A stretch of 64,000 nucleotides of DNA from Prevotella sp. (GTDB taxonomy: Bacteria; Bacteroidota; Bacteroidia; Bacteroidales; Bacteroidaceae): the NCBI GenBank assembly GCA_022782305.1, contig JALFPC010000042.1, forward strand, positions 5,990 through 69,989, written 5' to 3'. Positions 60,528-64,000 of this stretch are shown here, piece by piece (positions within the stretch are counted from its first letter, which is position 1; each line of letters starts with the position of its first letter). Below the pieces are notes generated by a model that ran no database searches, was not told where the DNA came from, and saw only the letters and a list, made by a program, of their open reading frames with translations. The position numbers were made by a program, and so were the translations under genes.

Positions 60528-62952
60528 GTGTTTTCTTGTATGCATGATAGAAACTTGATATAAAAGCATTAGTAGAATCATATCCCATAGCCAAGGCGAT
60601 GTCGTCCACAGACTTGTTTGTTTCGATGAGCATATTTCTGGCTCTTTGCAGCAGTATGGCCTTGGCAAGCATTCTCGGATTCTTGAATATGTTTCTCACC
60701 AAGAGTTTATAGAATTTCTCTTTGGAATAGCCAGCATTGTCTCTGAGCATTGAAACGGTGACATCCTCGGTCTTTGTTTTATTAAAGAGAGGGATCATAC
60801 TAAGCATGACGGAAATAAACTCTGGTTCGAGTTTGTTGTTTTCATTATCGTCGTCAACATTGTCATCGCCCATGTTGAGTTGTTTTGGATTGTCAGCAAT
60901 CCCCTCTGCCCTATTGATAAAGTTCTGTATCTTTCTAATCACATCGCCTTCCAACTGCACTTGCTTTAGTTTTATGCGGTAGTTTAATCCGAAAATCCTA
61001 AAGTTGGCCACCAGCAGCACAAGTATCACAACCAATAGCGTTACGATCATTCCAGTGGTGCGCCACCATGGTTCCTTAATGCTCAGGTTCACCACTCTTG
61101 TCTCGCCATCCCACACGTCGGGACGCATGGAAACCTGTACCTCCACCCTATACTCTCCTGGATTGAGTCCAAAAAGTCTGTACCTCAAGATACCATTGTT
61201 ATCAACAAGATCTTCAGAGTCATTATGCGACATAACCTTCCATTTGTCATCAATGCCTATCACCCTAACACGATAGTATGTCTGCCTTGGTCTAAAATAG
61301 TTAAGACCTGAGAATACGAGAATGACCGAATTCTGGTTATAATTCAGTTCTATCTTGTCAGTATGTGCTGCCGATTTGACTAAAGGCACATTATCATCTA
61401 TCTTTTCTCCTGCATGCATAAGTTGTCCGTTAACATACAATTGTGAGAAGAAAGGGTTGAGCACAAACAGGTTCCTTTTGCTACTCTTGAACACAGAAGG
61501 ATCAAAAACCACCACATGGTCAACGGATTTCATTATTATCCGTCCATCATCAAGGCATATAGCCTTGCCTGGCACAAATGACTCCGTTGGCACATTGTCC
61601 TCTATTTGATGGTTATTGATAAACGTGATGGCTCCGTTAGTAATTTCTATCATAGAGATGCCACCGCTTGTGGCCACCCATATATTATTGTTTTTGTCCT
61701 CCACCACTGAATGGATAACAGAATTCACCAGTCCATCGTTTTCTGTAAACACCACTGGCACATCCTGTCCTTTCTTGAGCAGTCGCAGACCAGCATTGGT
61801 GCCTGTCCACTGCCATCCTCTGCTATCTTGGAAATAACAAATAACCCCTCTCTCCTTAATTTTTTCTTCATCCATCTCCACTTTATCGACAATAGCCTCA
61901 TATTCGCCATACCTTGGGTCTGACCAATGATATGAATTAAATGGCGACGGGAATTGTTTTGCATATAGCAATCCTCGCTTCTGTGTGCCTATCCACATTC
62001 CACCCTGCTTGTCAAAGAGTATTGCGTTAATATCGGTATAGAGTTTGGTACCATCGTCGAGCATGAGAAACTCCACATGTTCTTTGGTGCCATCCTTTAG
62101 GTTGCATTTCCAATAACCATACTGCGATGCTACATACAAAATATCATTAAACACAGCCATGCCAGCCATGGTATATGGCAGTTCCATCATCATTTTGAAA
62201 GTGCCTGCATTGATGTCGTATTCTTGCAGTATTCCCCCATCGCTTCTTGCATTTCGTACCTGGTATATTTTATTTCCATGCTTCAGCAAAACCGACGTGC
62301 GGAAATATTTCTCTCTGTCTGCTCCAAAGAGCGAATAAGTTCTACCCACGGTCTTTCCATTGCTCATGTCGTGTATTTCCACGCTTGAGTCGTCGTAGAA
62401 GAGAAAGAGTCTGTTACCTTCTGTTTCTACATCTTGCAGCACCTGTTTTTCATCCACAGTAATCTTGTGTTTCACCGACTCACCAAAGAGAGCATTTCCG
62501 CAGAGCAACCACAGTCGTCCGCTACTATCCACAAAGAGGTCATCCACGGTACCCCTTACTCCCTCGCTGATAAACACCTTTGATATATCCTTGCAGAATT
62601 GTTCAGTGGTAATGTCGAGGCATTTCACCATGTTACGGTCTTTGAGCCATGCTCTGTCTTTTGAGTCTACATATAGATGATATCTTCCGAGATATTTCTT
62701 TAGGGTGTATTCGTCTGCATCATCAGAATAGAGGTGCGAGAAAGAGTCGCCGTTATACAAGTTGATATGTCCGATAGTAGACACGATGAGTCTACCTTTT
62801 TCGGTGCAAAAAAGAGTTTGTGCGCTATTGTCGGCGAGTCCGTTTCTTACGTTTATAGTAACAAATGAGTTCTGCCCTGCCTTTGCAGCATAGCTCACAC
62901 ATGCCAATGCATATATCAATGCCAGTATTCTCGTCATTCTGCTCATGGTCAT
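60493..62952 (-). CDS. Membrane-spanning one-component regulator: beta-propeller + Y_Y_Y sensor, TM helix, AraC HTH
   Basis: NGLADN/DGLVNS and DxxGxxWIGT propeller repeats, PGEYRVEV, EPWWRT plus TM, C-terminal IALAMGYDSTNAFISSF...TPMAYR. Confidence 0.85.
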   Translation of the reverse strand: MTMSRMTRILALIYALACVSYAAKAGQNSFVTINVRNGLADNSAQTLFCTEKGRLIVSTIGHINLYNGDSFSHLYSDDADEYTLKKYLGRYHLYVDSKDRAWLKDRNMVKCLDITTEQFCKDISKVFISEGVRGTVDDLFVDSSGRLWLLCGNALFGESVKHKITVDEKQVLQDVETEGNRLFLFYDDSSVEIHDMSNGKTVGRTYSLFGADREKYFRTSVLLKHGNKIYQVRNARSDGGILQEYDINAGTFKMMMELPYTMAGMAVFNDILYVASQYGYWKCNLKDGTKEHVEFLMLDDGTKLYTDINAILFDKQGGMWIGTQKRGLLYAKQFPSPFNSYHWSDPRYGEYEAIVDKVEMDEEKIKERGVICYFQDSRGWQWTGTNAGLRLLKKGQDVPVVFTENDGLVNSVIHSVVEDKNNNIWVATSGGISMIEITNGAITFINNHQIEDNVPTESFVPGKAICLDDGRIIMKSVDHVVVFDPSVFKSSKRNLFVLNPFFSQLYVNGQLMHAGEKIDDNVPLVKSAAHTDKIELNYNQNSVILVFSGLNYFRPRQTYYRVRVIGIDDKWKVMSHNDSEDLVDNNGILRYRLFGLNPGEYRVEVQVSMRPDVWDGETRVVNLSIKEPWWRTTGMIVTLLVVILVLLVANFRIFGLNYRIKLKQVQLEGDVIRKIQNFINRAEGIADNPKQLNMGDDNVDDDNENNKLEPEFISVMLSMIPLFNKTKTEDVTVSMLRDNAGYSKEKFYKLLVRNIFKNPRMLAKAILLQRARNMLIETNKSVDDIALAMGYDSTNAFISSFYHAYKKTPMAYREMMGKK

Positions 62953-63132
62953 CTGAGTAATAATAAATAATCTTAGGCGTCTTTATTTTGCAAAGATAAT
63001 ATTTGTTGGCGTAAGAACAAAATAAAATCGCCTCTTTTTATTCTGTTTCCGCCAACAAGGTTCACAAAATGTTTTTTAGGGATTAATTAGCAGCAATAAT
63101 ATATGGGATTATGCCTCTTTTTCCAGATACAT

Positions 63133-63169
63133 AAAAACAATTGCGGAGCACCATTAAATGATGCTCCGC
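63133..63169 (-). terminator. Terminator of tRNA-Pro
   Basis: GCGGAGCA...TGCTCCGC with an A-run on its left side. Confidence 0.65.
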
Positions 63170-63173
63170 TCTG

Positions 63174-63246
63174 TCGAGGTGACAGGACTCGAACCTGCGA
63201 CAGCCTGGTCCCAAACCAGGAACGCTACCAACTGCGCTACACCTCG
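63174..63246 (-). tRNA. tRNA-Pro(TGG)
   Basis: CGAGGTG/CACCTCG acceptor stem, CCTGG-TTTGGGA-CCAGG; promoter at 63286-63293. Confidence 0.96.
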
Positions 63247-63328
63247 TTGCAAGACTCAAAGTTGTTCCCTTTTGTTTTGCGGTTGCAAAGGTACTAATTA
63301 TTTTTGAGTCTCACAAATATTTCTTCAG

Positions 63329-64000
63329 TTATTTTAAAATATTTTGCTCTTTAAACACTTTTTTAAGTATTTGCACACCTCTTTCCACCTGTTCTTCGGT
63401 ATGAGTAGCCATAAGAGCAAATCTCACGAGTGTATCCTGTGGTGCGCATGCTGGAGGTATAACAGGGTTGATAAACACGCCCTCATCAAATGCCCTTGCT
63501 GTTACAACAAAGGTCTTCTCCACGTCTCTTACATACAGAGGAATGATTGGACTCTCGGTATCGCCAATCTCAAAACCTTCTTCACGGAATCTCTTGAGTG
63601 CATATCTTGTAACCTTCCAAAGGGCCTCTATGCGCTCTGGTTCCTTGCGGATGATATGCAGTGCCTCAAGTGCTGCTGCTGTGGCGGCAGGAGTATCAGA
63701 AGCACTGAAGATATAAGTACGGCAAGTGTGGCGCAGATAGTTAATGGTGTCTGCATCTCCGGCTATAAACCCACCTATGCTGGCCAAGCTCTTGCTGAAT
63801 GTGCCCATGATGAGGTCCACCTCGTCGGTAAGTCCGAAATGGTCGCACACGCCTCTACCTTCTTTGCCAAACACACCAAGGCCATGAGCCTCATCCACCA
63901 TGATAGAGCAGTTATACTTCTTCTTCAATCTTACTATCTCTGGCAGGTTGGCAAGGTCGCCTTCCATAGAGAACACACCGTCTACAACAATCAGTTTAAC
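63329..64000 (-). CDS. spt: Serine palmitoyltransferase / alpha-oxoamine synthase (5' end outside the window)
   Basis: DGVFSMEGD, DEAHG, GTFSKSLASIGGF, INPVIPPACAPQDTLVR; BioF or Kbl paralogs not fully excluded. Confidence 0.75.
   Translation of the reverse strand, partial: VKLIVVDGVFSMEGDLANLPEIVRLKKKYNCSIMVDEAHGLGVFGKEGRGVCDHFGLTDEVDLIMGTFSKSLASIGGFIAGDADTINYLRHTCRTYIFSASDTPAATAAALEALHIIRKEPERIEALWKVTRYALKRFREEGFEIGDTESPIIPLYVRDVEKTFVVTARAFDEGVFINPVIPPACAPQDTLVRFALMATHTEEQVERGVQILKKVFKEQNILK

Overview
A Bacteroidota chromosomal segment, most like Prevotella. The basis is TAnnTTTG -7 promoters in front of most transcription units, EF-G2, a GT3 glycogen synthase, serine palmitoyltransferase and T9SS components. 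Most of the window is core genome: ppdK (partial), rlmD, uvrA/mfd, fusA2, hemW, glnS, manC-gmd-fcl, dapA, a LytS/LytTR pair, truA, gldE, ssb, six tRNAs, nspC, prs, glgP plus glycogen synthase, tamB, rpsA, an IscU-like/GGGtGRT pair, T9SS plug, an AraC sensor and spt (partial). The only clearly accessory stretch is about 17.35-19.2 kb. It holds an intact four-helix-bundle/C4-zinc-ribbon gene followed by a 9x9-bp array, downstream of a collapsed type IC hsdM/hsdS relic. Next to it are an unexplained structured non-coding segment and an 8x23-bp palindromic tandem array whose units drift along its length. I found no CRISPR-cas locus, transposase, integrase, reverse transcriptase or rRNA. All protein calls come from recognising motifs by eye; no database searches were run.
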